From Macrostomum lignano (taxonomy: Eukaryota), in assembly GCA_002269645.1 (NCBI GenBank), contig NIVC01000306.1:115343-179342 (forward strand): 64,000 nucleotides of DNA, written 5' to 3'. Below are positions 45,001 to 64,000 of this stretch, in pieces. The position numbers and the translations under genes were made by a program. A model generated the notes under the pieces. It made no database searches. It saw only the letters and a program-made list of their open reading frames with translations, and was not told the DNA's origin. Within the stretch, counting starts at the first letter, position 1. Each line of letters opens with the position of its first letter.

Positions 45001-47910
45001 CAGAACTAATTATCTCTGGACACAACTAATTATCTCTGGACACAACTAATTATCTCTGGACACAACTAATTATCTCTGGACACAACTAATTATATCTGGA
45101 CACAACTAATTATCTCTGGACACAACTAATTATATCTGGACACAACTAATTATCTCTGGACACAACTAATTATCTCTGGACACAACTAATTATCTCTGGA
45201 CACAATTAAAAATCTCTGGACACAATTAATTATCTCTGGACACAACTAATTATCTCTGGACACAACTAATTATCTCTGGACACAATTAATTATCTCTAGA
45301 CACAACCAATCTTCCTTAGACACAACTAAACTACTTCTCTGGAGTCTAGACACAACCAATCTTCTGGACACAACCAATCTTCTGGACACAACCAATCTTC
45401 TGGACACAACCAATCTTCTGGACACAACCAATCTTCTGGACACAACCAATCTTCTGGACACAACCACCATTCTTATACACAACCAACTTCTCTGGACCCA
45501 ACTGATATTCTCTGGACACAACCAATCTTCTCTGGACACAACTAATCGTCTCTGGACACAACTAATCGTCTCTGGACACAACTAATTATCTCTGGACACA
45601 ACCAACTATACTGGAAACAATCAGTCTTCTCTTAACACAATGACTCATCTCTGTACACAACCAATCCTGTCTGGACAGAATCAATCCTTCAGACTCAACC
45701 GATATATTCTCTAAGGCTGTACTACAGACACAAATAATATTGTTTTAGACACAAGAAAGTATTGTGAACGCATCTGCGCTCATACTTACTGTATAATCTA
45801 TGATCAATCCACAGTCTCTGCTAAAGTCGAGCTCTGATGAACAACAGCAACAGCAACAACAAACAGAAGCCGCAGTTGCGCAAAACGATTTGCTCAGTCG
45901 AGCTCGAATTCAACTAATCTCCCTACGCGATCAGTACAATGAGTGGCGATCTACGGTAGATTCTATCAGTAGGAAATCTAGCATAGCTAAGAAGCCGGAC
46001 AATGGGCATTCGGAAGAGTCTGACAATGATAATAAGCCGGAACTATCCGAGCTTGAGTTGCTAGCCTGGCGCGGGGTTGCCGAATTGCACCTGTCCCCGG
46101 TTAGTTGCGCACCTTTGGCTCGGTTACGCAATCGGGTGCGTTCCTGTCGGCGAGCCCGACAAGTTGTCAGCGCCCTGCTGACTGCCGCGGCAGCCTCCAC
46201 TGTTGCTGCCACCGCATCATCTTCTTCTTTCGTTAAAGAAGACATTGCCGAAGAAGAAATTGTCGAAGAGAAAGAGTCGCCTACTGTTGCTATTAAAAAA
46301 GAAGACGAACCAATCGAAGCGGAGCAGGAAGACTACGACGAGGGGTCGCCTAGCGAAACAGTTCGAGTTCGCCAGCTGCGCAAACGGCTGCGGTTTCCCA
46401 GATGCGGCGGCCGGGTCGGCCGATGCGTCAACAAAATCGACGAGGCCAGCTTTGTCGCCGTGTGTCGCCGGTTAGACCGGCTGCCGTGTCGGCTATCGGA
46501 CCATGAGGAATCCGGTTTTGCCGGTCTTCGAACTCAGGTCGACAGTTGGCGCTCCCGTTGCCAGGCTCTGATGCAGAACTTCGAAGCCGATCCTAGCGTG
46601 GAACCGGATTTTGACATCGTAGCTTCCTTAGCAACCGAAGCGGCTAGTCGACTGCCGGTTGCTATGGACGCTTGGCCCTGGCTAGCCGCTGTGTACGAGC
46701 GTCAGCTGTTTTTAACCGAGGCTCAATCGATTTTAAACGAACTCGAAGTTGATAACAAAGAGCAAGATGATGGCGAAGAGAAATCTACTGTTAAGAAGTC
46801 TTCTACTAATAGAAGAAAGCTGTTTCCAAGCGAGTTGTCGCAGTTATGCGCCAAAGGTTCATCGCTGCGAGAGCAGACGTCTAAGTCAGAAGCAGCTCTG
46901 GCAGGGCTGTTGAATTTGCTGAGAACCGGTCAGGATTTGGAGGCTAAGTAAGTTGTAATTTTGTGTAGTTTTGCAACCATTCTGGTACATTATACTCGTG
47001 GGTTCTTTTTTAAATAAAAAGCCTTCTAAACAGTCTTGTAAACGTATTCATAAACAGCTGATTTTTACACAGTTTTTATACTCATCTAACCTATCGATAA
47101 TAAACAGCCTATAAACACACCATTATCCAACTAATCTACTCATAAACATCTTCTAAACCTACTCATAAAGCAGCCTATAAACACACCCTTAACCTATTAG
47201 TCTACCCAAAAACAGTCTGGAAACCTGTTCATAAACATCCTGTGCAGCCGTTTTTAAACACCCTGTAAACCTGCTTATAAACATCCTGTTAGCCGACTTA
47301 TAAACATCCTGTAAACCTACTCATAAACATTCTGTAAACTAACTCATAAACATCATGTAAACCTTTTTATAAACATACTGTACAACCACTCATAAATCAT
47401 CCTGTAAACCTACTCATAAACAACCTGTAAACCTACTCATAAACAACCTGTAAACCTACTCACAAACATCCTGTAAACCTACTCATAAACATCCTGTAAA
47501 CCTACTCATATGCATCTGTGAACCTAAACACACTTTTAGCTTATTAACCTACTCATGAACATCTTTTAATCTTACTTATAAACAGTCTCTAAACCCACCC
47601 TTAAACAGCTTAGAGATTAACATTTTAAAAAATTCTAAAGCTACTTATAAACAGCATATAAAGCTATCCCTAAGCATCTAATAATAATTATTTTATTTTT
47701 AAATAGTCTCTTACCATAGTGTCTAACACCTACTCCTAACACCTGTAAAACCCTACTCTGGAACACCTTTGTCTCTACCTAACAAATGAAAATTTACAAA
47801 TCCCAGTTATTTCTTTGTACACGCAGAGCACGCAACTGCCTGGAGACACGTCAACGGCTGCAAAAGATGCAGCGCCAGCAGCAGCAGCAGCAGTCTTCTT
47901 CTTCTAGTTC

Positions 47911-47951
<41 letters not shown>

Positions 47952-50900
47952 TGCAGGCCTCCCTACTGGACCTTGACGATCTGCAAAAACTGGTTGACGA
48001 CGCCGAGCGACTGCCGCTTCGTTTGACTTCGGTGAAATCGGCCGCCGATCTGTTAGCTCGAATTCGACAATGGTCAGAGACGGTTGCTATGGAAACTGGG
48101 CAGGGTAGCGCGGTAGCCTATCCGACTCTGGGAACGCTGGAGCGACTGCTAGATGAGGGTCGCAAGTATTGCGTGAAGCTGGAGCAGCTGGTGGAGCTAG
48201 AAAATCACGTGGCCCAAGCTAAGGGCTGGCTAGATCGGACTGCCCGGAACTTTCTAAAGAAGTACTCTCCTCTGTCGCTTATACAGGTACGCCTGCTTGA
48301 GTTTTTAGTGCTACATCCTCAGTTGCTAGGCTGGGAACTCTTGTAGATCCTTGGTTGCTAGGCTAGGAACTCTTGTAGATCCTCAGTTGCTAGGCTGGGA
48401 ACTCTTGTAGATCCCCAGTTGCTAGGCTGGGAACTCTTGTAGATCCTCGGTTGCTAGGCTGGGAACTCTTGTAGATCCTCAGTTGCTAGGCTGGGAACTC
48501 TTGTAGATCCTCGGTTGCTATGCTGGGAACTCTTGTAGATCCTTGGTTGCTAGGCTGGGAACTCTTGTAGATTCTTGGTTGCTAGGCTAGGAACTCTTGT
48601 AGATTCTTGGTTGCTAGGCGTTGAACTCTTAAGGCTTACCTCCCAGATCCTCAGTTGCTGTGCCAGCCTCCCAGAGTGTCAGTTGCTGGGCCAGCCTCCC
48701 ACATCCTCAGTTGCTGGGCCAGCCTCCCAGAGTGTCAGTTGCTGTGCCAGCCTCCCAGAGTGTCAGTTGCTGTGCCAGCCTCCCAGAGTGTCAGTTGCTG
48801 GGCCAGCCTCCCAGAGTGTCAGTTGCTGGGCCAGCCTCCCAGATCCTCAGTTGTTAGGCCAGCCTCTCAGATCCTCAGTTGCTAGGCCAGCCTCCCAGAT
48901 CCTCAGTTGCTAGGTCAGCCTCCCAGAGTGTCAGTTGCTGGGCCAGCCTCCCAGATCCTCAGTGTTGGGCCAGCCTCCCAGAGTGTCAGTTGCTGTGTCA
49001 GCCTCCCAGATCCTCAGTTGCTAGGCCAGCCTCTCAGATCCTCAGTTGCTAGGCCAGCCTCCCAGATCCTCAGTTGCTAGGTCAGCCTCCCAGAGTGTCA
49101 GTTGCTGGGCCAGCCTCCCAGATCCTCAGTGTTGGGCCAGCCTCCCAGAGTGTCAGTTGCTGTGTCAGCCTCCCAGATCCTCAGTTGCTGGGCCAGCCTC
49201 CCAGAGTGTCAGTTGCTGGGCCAGCCTCCCAGAGTGTCAGTTGCTGTGCCAGCCTCCCAGAGTGTCAGTTGCTGGGCCAGCCTCCCAGAGTGTCAGTTGC
49301 TGGGCCAGCCTCCCAGATCCTCAGTTGCTGGGCCAGCCTCCCAGAGTGTCAGTTGCTGGGCCAGCCTCCCAGAGTGTCAGTTGCTGGGCCAGCCTCCCAG
49401 AGTGTCAGTTGCTGGGCCAGCCTCCCAGAGTGTCAGTTGCTGGGCCAGCCTCCCAGAGTGTCAGTTGCTGGGCCAGCCTCCCAGAGTGTCAGTTGCTGGT
49501 CCAGCCTCCCAGAGTGTCAGTTGCTGGGCCAGCCACTGTAGATGCACATACAAAATTTCCCTAAAAAATTCATCACGCACAGGTGCTTTTGCCCCGATCG
49601 TCTCGCTCGTTTTTACGCGACTACACGAAGCCAAACGCCGGTCAAGGCGGGCAGAGCTCCGGTCCAAAGAAGGGCGCGGTATCGAAGAAAGCTCCTGCCA
49701 AAGAAGAGAACAGCAACGGCGGCCAGTCGGCTCAACAGCAGCAGCAGAACTTTTTGGAGCCGGTTGATCGATTCTCGGACGATATTACCGACGCTGAAAG
49801 GGTGGCTCTCTATCAGGAGCTGGCCGCTACAGAACTGAAAAGTGCGATGGCTGCTAGGTGAGTCAGAGTATTAGTTTATTCTTATGCCTTTTCGTATGCT
49901 AGTGTCAAATTGTTCATTATTTTTTACAACTTTTTATATTTAGAATCGGTTTGTGATATCCAATATTGATGTATGATATGAATTATCGATTTTTAATACC
50001 CAATATCGATTTATGATACTCATTATCGATTGATGATATTCGATTTCGATTTATGATATTTCGTAACAATTGCTAATTTCCAGTATCTATTTATACATTC
50101 AGTATCGATTTATGATATTCAATATCGGTTTATTATATTCGATTTCGATTTATGATATCCAGTATCGATTTTTCTAATACTCAATATCTTTTTATGATAT
50201 TCAATATCGATTTATGATATTCAATATCGATTTATGATATCCAGTATCGATGTATGAAATTCAATATCGATTTATGATATTCAATATCGATTTATGATAT
50301 TCAATATCGATTTATGATATTCAATATCGATTTATGATATTCAATATCGATTTACGATATTCAATATCGATTTCTAATATTCAATATCGATTTATGATAT
50401 TCAATATCGACTTATGATATTCAATATCGATTTATGATATTCAATATCGATTTATGATATTCAATATCGATTTATGGTATTCGATTTCGATTTATGATAT
50501 CCAGTATCGATTTTTCTAATATTCAATATCTTTTTATGATATCCAATATCGATTTATGATATCCAGTATCGATGTATGAAATTCAATATCGATTTATGAT
50601 ATTCAATAACGATTTATGATATTCAATATCGATTTCTAATATTCAATATCGATTTCTAATATTCAATATCGATTTATGATATTCAGTATCGATTTATGAT
50701 ATCCAGAATCGATTTATGATATTCAATATCGATTTATGATATTCAGTATCGATTTATGATATCGAGTATCGATTTATGATATCCAGTATCGATTTCTAAT
50801 ATTCAATATCGATTTATGATATCCAGTATCGATTTCTGATATCCAGTATCGATTTATGATATTCAGTATCGATTCACGATATTTATGATCGATTTGTTGC

Positions 50901-53900
50901 TTGATGTATCGATCACTGACATTTGATGATCGATTTACAATACTTACAGACACCGCAAAGGCCACGATCTAGTCCTGGCATCCACGTGCATCTGCGGCCA
51001 GCGCAGCTCCAATTCCAGCAACAGCTTCATGCTGCAGTGCGAACTGTGCCGGCACTGGTACCATGCCCAGTGCGTCACTTTGCCCAAGTATTTGAAGCCG
51101 AAGACGCTGACTAACGCCGGCCAATCGGCAATGCGGGCCGCTCTCAGGGATCTGAAATATCTGTGCCAGGCTTGCGAGCGCGGCAGGCGGCCTCGGGTTG
51201 AAACTATTCTCAGTTTGCTGCTGGCTCTGCAACGCCTACCGTGTCCTCTACTAGCCGGGGTAGCTCTGCAGTGTCTAACCGAGCGTGCGATGTCCTGGCA
51301 GGATCGGACCCATTGTCTATTGTTAAGCAGTCCCGAATTGCGCCGGGCGCTAGTCTGCTTGGCTAGAACTATGAAACTGCAGCTGCCTGATAAACTGTTG
51401 CGCCAGCTAAACACCATGGTTACCTCGGGTGGCGAGGCTGCTATGGCCTCTAGCGTGGCTGCAATTAGCGCTAATAGCGGCCTAACCCTGGCTGAGCGGG
51501 GTGCCGCTAATGCGGCTGCCGCTGCCGCTGCCGCTGCCACTTCGACTTCGTCATCGGCGGCATCGGCGGCTGCGGCTGCAGCGGCGGCGGCGCAGTCTTC
51601 GTCGTCTAGAAAGCCGCGAAAGTCGCCGCTGTTTCCTCGCGGGCCGTCGCAATCAGGCGGTGGCAACAATACGGCGGCCTCGACTACGTCGGCTGCCGCC
51701 CCAGCTGGTCCTGGCAGCAGCAGCCTGAGCATCTCGCCGCCTCCGACAATGTCGACAAGTGGCGCCGGCGATTTCATGACCTCGCCGACCTCTTTAATGC
51801 CGGCCCGTAGGCCTCGCCTGACTCTGAGCCCGGCGGCCCGGTCTCAACTCGAGTCCGCTATGCTCGAAGGCGACCTATTGGAAGTCTCCATGGAGGAGTC
51901 CACCTGGCTGTGGCACCTGCTGCAGGCCAGCGCGCCCGACGCTGACGTTAATGAGTTTGGCGACGACGACAGAGGAGTCGGTCTTATTGCCTGCGGCCGA
52001 GGAGCTGACAGCGACAACGAGGACAATGACAACGACGAAGAGAGCAGCAGCGAAGGTGACGAAGAAGGTGACGACGCTATGGACTCCTCCTCTGTGCAGT
52101 CCTCGGCTAAAGCGGCCGCCTCCACGGCCGCAGGCGTCGCTGCCTCCGCCGCTGACGATGACGATGGCGACGATATGTCTGACGCGTATTCGACGTCGGC
52201 CATCGCTCTCGGCCCCGTGATGCTCCCGTCGGCGGCGTCTACAGCGTCGTCGTCGTCGAAGTCAAAATTGGCAAAACGACAAACAAAAGGACATCTTGTA
52301 CTTTCTCAGCAGCAGCAGCCGCAGCAGCAAAGGCAGCACGCTAGAAGAGGTCGCAAACCTGGTAGCTCATCTGTGGTGTCGGTTGCTAAGCGACCGGCTG
52401 GTTCAGCCGACGCCGACAAAGATGCCGCTCCAGCCGATAAGCGTCGGCGCAAAGTCCGGACTCCTATTGAGGCGGTGAGTCCGACAGTTTTATGCTCTAA
52501 GCTGTTAATGCCTCACTTTCTGTCATCTCAGCAATTCGTCCCATAAGCCTTGATATATCAGCAATTCTCGCATAAACTGCAAATCCCTAAACTACTAATA
52601 TCGAAGCCAATATTCCCTAACCCATTAATCTCTAGGGTACTAATCCCTGAGTTGTTAATACCTAAGCCACTAATCCCTAAGCTACTAATCCCTAAGCCAC
52701 TAATCCCTAAGCCACTAATCCCTAAGCCACTAATCCCTAAGCTACTAATCGCTAAGCTACTAATCCTTACGGTACTAATCTCTAAGCTACTAATCTCTAA
52801 GCTACTAATTTCTAAGCTACTGATCCCTAAGCTACTAATCTCTAAGCTACTAATCCTTACGGTACTAATCCCTAAGCTACTAATCCCTAAGCCACTAATC
52901 CCTAAGCTACTAATCTCTAAGCTACTAATCTCTAAGCTACTAATCTCTAAGCTACTGATCCCTAAGCCACTAATCCCTAAGCTACTAATCCCTAAGCCAC
53001 TAATCCCTAAGCTACTAATCGCTAAGCTACTAATCCTTACGGTACTAATCTCTAAGCTACTAATCTCTAAGCTACTAATCTCTAAGCTACTGATCCCTAA
53101 GCCACTAATACCTAAGCTACTAATCCTTACGGTACTAATCTCTAAGCTACTAATCCCTAAGCCACTAATCCCTGAGCTAATAATCCCTAAGCCACTAATA
53201 CCCAAACTACTATTCCCTAAGCCACTGATCCTTAGGCTACTAATCCCTAAGCTACTAAGGCTCTATCAAGCATTCACTGTTCGGTCTTCTTGCAGGCAGC
53301 CGAGAGGCGTAGAAAGCACTATACTCAACCTGCGGCATCTCATGCTGCCTCGTCCGCTGCCGCTTCTGTGGCTTCATCTTCGGCCTCAGCTTCCAAGCGA
53401 CAGCAAGCCCGACATCAACAGCAGCAACAGCAGAAGCGTCGAAAAGGCGGCTGGAGCGAGGACTGCGCAGCGGTGAAATGTCACCAGCCGACTGGAACTC
53501 AGGTGCAAATTTGTACTCGTAGTATCTCATATGCCATCATTATCGCATCTAGATACCAATATCCCGTCTATCCCGTTGAGATTTAAATCTTACATAGATT
53601 TACAAAATCTCGCTTACATCCAGAAAAAATGACCTAAATCTTAAAAATCTCACTCATATCCTCAAAATCTCACCTAGATTCTCAAATCTTCCCCATATCC
53701 TCAAAATTTCATCTAAATTCTCAAAATCTCCCCATAAATTAAAAAATCTCACCCATATCCTCCAACTCTCCCCTACATCCTCAAAATCCCACCTACATCC
53801 TCAAAATCCCACCTACATCCTCAAAATCCCACCTACATCCTCAAAATCCCACCTACATCTTCAAAATCCCACCTACATCCTCAAAATCCCACCTACATCC

Positions 53901-54809
53901 TCAAAATCCCACCTACATCTTCAAAATCCCACCTACATCCTCAAAATCCCACCTACATCCTCAAAATCCCACCTACATCAACAAAATCCCACCTACATCC
54001 TCAAAATCCGATCTAGATCCTCAAAATCTCCCCTACATCCTCAAAATCCGATCTAGATCCTCAAAATCTCCCCTACATCCTCAAAATCCGATCTAGATCC
54101 TCAAAATCTCCCCTACATCCTCAAAATCCCACCTTCATCCTGAAAATCTCACCTACATCCTCAAAATCCCACCTACATCCTCAAAATCTCACCTACATCC
54201 ACAAAATCTCACCTACATCCTCAAAATCTCACCTACATCCTCAAAGTCTCACCTACATCCTCAAAATCCCACCTACATTCTCAAAATCTCACCTACATCC
54301 TTAAAATCTCCCCTTCATCCTCAAAATCTCACCTACACCCTCAAAATCCCATGTATATCCTCAAAGCTCACTTACATCCTCAAAATCTCAAAATCCATTA
54401 TACTAAAAATTCTCCCCTATATTCTCAAAATCTCATCCTTAAAAAACCTCATCCTTAAAAAACTTTAAGAATTATTAAATACATAAAAAATCTATCGCTC
54501 ATGCAGGTGAACTGGGTGGAATGCGATCAATGCCAGCAGTGGTTTCATTGGATCTGCGTTGGAGTCCGCTCTGTTGACGAGCTGGCCGACTCGTACCTGT
54601 GCCCCACCTGTTTGCAACAGTCTAACAGTCGCGACGCGTCTCAACAGAGCGACTTTGATGAAGAAGACTTCGATAATGAGGATATTGAAGAGCTGCTGCC
54701 TACGCCTGATGGAGAAGAGTCTGGCTCGGATGAGGATTCCCATGAGGAACTGATTAGTCAACAAGATGCTGACGATGACGACGAATCAGCTGGATTGGCT
54801 GAGAATTGA
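42031..54809 (+). CDS. KDM5: KDM5/lid-like protein, predicted catalytically inactive: JmjN-degenerate JmjC-PLU-1-PHD2-PHD3, about 1638 aa, 8 exons
   Basis: join(42031..42454,43790..44379,45815..46947,47827..48286,49583..49857,50950..52474,53296..53502,54507..54809); 4917 nt, all phases consistent. Jmj[27 protein letters not shown]; EAEFW..VEYG; [11 protein letters not shown]; QRPGEFVV; PHD2 [12 protein letters not shown] and [26 protein letters not shown]; PHD3 [19 protein letters not shown]. Confidence 0.9.
42515..43710. repeat. 40-bp minisatellite (CACTAGCTCACCTGAAGGATCGGGAAGGAATGGGAAGGTG)n, KDM5 intron 1
   Basis: About 30 units with shorter deletion variants. Confidence 0.95.
44455..45700. 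repeat. 20-bp minisatellite (CTGGACACAACTAATTATCT)n, KDM5 intron 2
   Basis: Tandem units, with 18-bp variants near the 3' end. Confidence 0.95.
47030..47580. repeat. About 23-bp degenerate minisatellite (CTGTAAACCTACTCATAAACATC)n, KDM5 intron 3
   Basis: Tandem units. Confidence 0.8.
48310..49535. repeat. 32-bp then 28-bp minisatellites, KDM5 intron 4
   Basis: (GTTGCTAGGCTGGGAACTCTTGTAGATCCTCA)n grading into (CAGTTGCTGGGCCAGCCTCCCAGAGTGT)n. Confidence 0.93.
49960..50935. repeat. 20-bp minisatellite (TATCGATTTATGATATTCAA)n, KDM5 intron 5
   Basis: Tandem units. Confidence 0.92.
52575..53260. repeat. 15-bp minisatellite (CTACTAATCCCTAAG)n, KDM5 intron 6
   Basis: Tandem units; same family at 56945-57370. 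Confidence 0.92.
53640..54400. repeat. 20-bp minisatellite (CCTACATCCTCAAAATCCCA)n, KDM5 intron 7
   Basis: Tandem units. Confidence 0.92.
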
Positions 54810-55425
54810 AAAATAATTTATGGTTCGTGTACCAGGAATTAGCCTAAATGGAAGAATGCAAGAGTTATTGATGACTTGATTTTCATTGTCTATGGCCCAA
54901 CAGGGGTCTGTGAAGCAACAACCAATTCGAGGATTTGGTCGCGCAATTAACATTTTCTACAGTTGTTCCAGCCTTTGGACCATAGACAATGAAGATCAAC
55001 TCTTCAATAGATTGACTCTCTTATCGAGTCTGTTATCTTGGTGTCTATGGTAACTGAACATATGTACTTTATTTGTAAAAGGTTTGGCATTGTTGCAACG
55101 CTTAGTTGTAGTTGCTATGGTTATGTAATTTCATGCTAAGTTTCTTTGTAACTAACATTATTATTATTAGTTAGCTATCTGTTGTTTATTTTGCAAATAT
55201 GTCAGTTGCTATGCGTTTGCTTGCACTCTTACTGTTTATTCGTTCCTAATTATTGATATTTATATTTCAGTGTCATATTTTTGTGGGTAGTAATTTTTAT
55301 CAAACTTCGTGTGTTGCGTGCATTTTTTCATTTTTTTATTGTTGCAGCTTATACTTATTAATTGTCATCTTAATGTATCAATTTTAATGTACTCCGTCGT
55401 CTATCTACTAATTAACATTAAGATA

Positions 55426-55431
55426 AATAAA
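55426..55431 (+). terminator. Candidate polyadenylation signal of the KDM5-like gene
   Basis: AATAAA followed by a T-rich downstream element. Confidence 0.55.
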
Positions 55432-55569
55432 ATTAACAATATCCTCATGAACAAATATCAGCTTTTTGTTTGAATTAATATTTATTTTTTTAGTTTTTAC
55501 ACCCCCTAGTAGGTCCAAAGTTCGAATATCTTCGACTTAACACATAAGCTAAATGCATAAACTCTAATG

Positions 55570-55583
55570 CTGATTTTTTACAG
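55570..55583 (+). promoter_or_regulatory. Unpaired 3' splice acceptor (candidate SL trans-splice site) upstream of AKAP10
   Basis: TGATTTTTTACAG 27 nt before ATG 55611; in-frame TAA between acceptor and ATG; no obvious upstream donor before the KDM5 poly(A) signal. Confidence 0.45.
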
Positions 55584-55610
55584 AACGGTTCCATGTTGTA
55601 ATGAAATTCT

Positions 55611-62413
<6,803 letters not shown>

Positions 62414-62479
62414 TTGAGCAGTGCCAAGCTTCATTTTAAAGATTCAATGCTTTTGAAATTCAGGAGTGGAGATGCGGAT

Positions 62480-63470
62480 TCAAGGATGCTGAGAAGGGGG
62501 CGGAAAGGCGGATTCAAGGATACTGAGAAGGGGCGGAGAGGCGGATTCAAGGATACTGAGAAGGGGGCGGAGAGGCGGATTCAAGGATACTGAGAAGGGG
62601 CGGAGAGGCAGATTCAAGGATACTGAGAAGGGGCGGAGAGGCGGATTCAAGGATACTGAGAAGGGGGCGGAGAGGCGGATTCAAGGATACTGAGAAGGGG
62701 CGGAGAGGCGGATTCAAGGATACTGAGAAGGGGCGGAGAGGCGGATTCAAGGATACTGAGAAGGGGCGGAGAGGCAGATTCAAGGATACTGAGAAGGGGC
62801 GGAGAGGCGGATTCAAGGATGCTGAGAAGGGGGCGGAGAGGCGGATTCAAGGATACTGAGAAGGGGGCGGAGAGGCGGATTCAAGGATACTGAGAAGGGG
62901 GCGGAGAGGCGGATTCAAGGATGCTGAGAAGAGGGCGGAGAGGCGGATAGGCGGATTCAATGATACTGAGAAGGGGCGGAGAGGCGGAAAGGCGGATTCA
63001 ATGATACTGAGAAGGGGCGGAGAGGCGGATTCAAGGATGCTGAGAAGGGGCGGAAAGGTGGATTCAATGATACTGAGAAGGGGGCGGAGAGGCGGATTCA
63101 ATGATACTGAGAAGGGGCGGAGAGGCGGATTCAAGGATGCTGAGAAGGGGGCGGAGAGGCGGATTCAAGGATGCTGAGAAGGGGCGGAGAGGCGGATTCA
63201 ATGATACTGAGAAGGGGGTGGAGAGGCGGATTCAATGATACTGAGAAGGGGGCGGAGAGGCGGATTCAAGGATACTGAGAAGGGGCGGAGAGGCGGATTC
63301 AATGATACTGAGAAGGGGGCGGAGAGGCGGATTCAAGGATGCTGAGAAGAGGGCGGAGAGGCGGATTCAAGGATACTGAGAAGGGGCGGAGAGGCGGATT
63401 CAAGGATGCTGAGAAGAGGGCGGATAGGCGGATTCAAGGATACTGAGAAGAGGCGGGGATGCGGATTCCA
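62480..63470. repeat. 33-bp G-rich minisatellite (GGCGGATTCAAGGATACTGAGAAGGGGCGGAGA)n downstream of AKAP10
   Basis: About 30 units. Confidence 0.93.
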
Positions 63471-64000
63471 GGACTACAAGAGATTTATGGCCAGTTAATG
63501 CTTGCAGGTGCGCTTTTGTATTACATAAAGTACAAAATGTTTGACAGTAAAAACTATTTTCTATCGACTTTTTCTTTCCATTTTTTTCCCTGCAATCCGT
63601 CTTCCTATCAATGTTTTGATTAATGAAGTTGTTAAATCTTTAATAAATTTGATAATCATTTCTAAATTGAAATAATGTCTCACTTGCACGCAAACTTTTT
63701 TTCGGTTTAAGTTTAATCATTTCACTTTATCTGCTGTGACAAGAATTGCATGAGTTAATTATTTTCTGGCAATAAAAATTAAATGTTCTTGGAATGTAGA
63801 GTTAGTATGAACTCGATTGGTTCATTCCCTGGCTAATTTTTGTGTTTCTTGCCTGAAATTATTGGCAATCGCTACATGTCGTAGACTTTGTGTGCATGTA
63901 TTCCTACTAATAAAGCGGAGAGCTGAAAAATGAAAAAATCTCGATTAGTTCAAGAAGTGGTTTGATCTTCTCTCCCTTCTTCCTCTCCCCTATTATCCCT

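Noticed and set aside
49960-50935. Array of ATCGAT palindromes resembling DRE (TATCGATA) promoter elements
   Set aside because: Mostly TATCGATT, intronic, and simply the unit of a minisatellite.
50944-52203. Minus-strand ORFs of 277 aa and 119 aa (also 15464-15907 and 45931-46245)
   Set aside because: Antisense shadows of GC-rich KDM5 and NR2E3 exons.

Overview
Eukaryotic (animal) genomic DNA with compact GC-rich exons, poly-Q/A/S low-complexity coding and introns filled by minisatellites. The style suggests a free-living flatworm such as Macrostomum (inference only). Five spliced genes could be built by hand with GT-AG, phase-consistent junctions. (1) NR2E3/PNR nuclear receptor, + strand, 6 exons. 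(2) TauD/TfdA-family Fe(II)/2-oxoglutarate dioxygenase, - strand, 4 exons. (3) TSPAN13/31-type tetraspanin, - strand, 2 exons. (4) KDM5/lid paralogue, + strand, 8 exons; it appears catalytically dead and lacks ARID, PHD1 and C5HC2 but keeps PLU-1, PHD2 and PHD3. (5) AKAP10/D-AKAP2, + strand, 7 exons, about 150 bp behind gene 4 (candidate trans-spliced operon), with an apparent 1-nt frameshift before its PKA-binding helix. Mobile elements: a P-element-like MITE with 8-bp TSD, a decayed R1/LOA-type LINE, a Tc1/IS630-like deletion derivative and a tRNA-derived SINE with TSD. There are more than 30 tandem-repeat arrays. Top leads: the KDM5 pseudo-demethylase, inverted satellite arrays bracketing the in-frame-skippable DNA-binding exons of NR2E3, the KDM5-AKAP10 operon-like junction, and a 3.7-kb CpG-depleted block. 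Most ORFs in the supplied track are repeat translations or antisense shadows. All homology calls are from motif recognition, not database searches.
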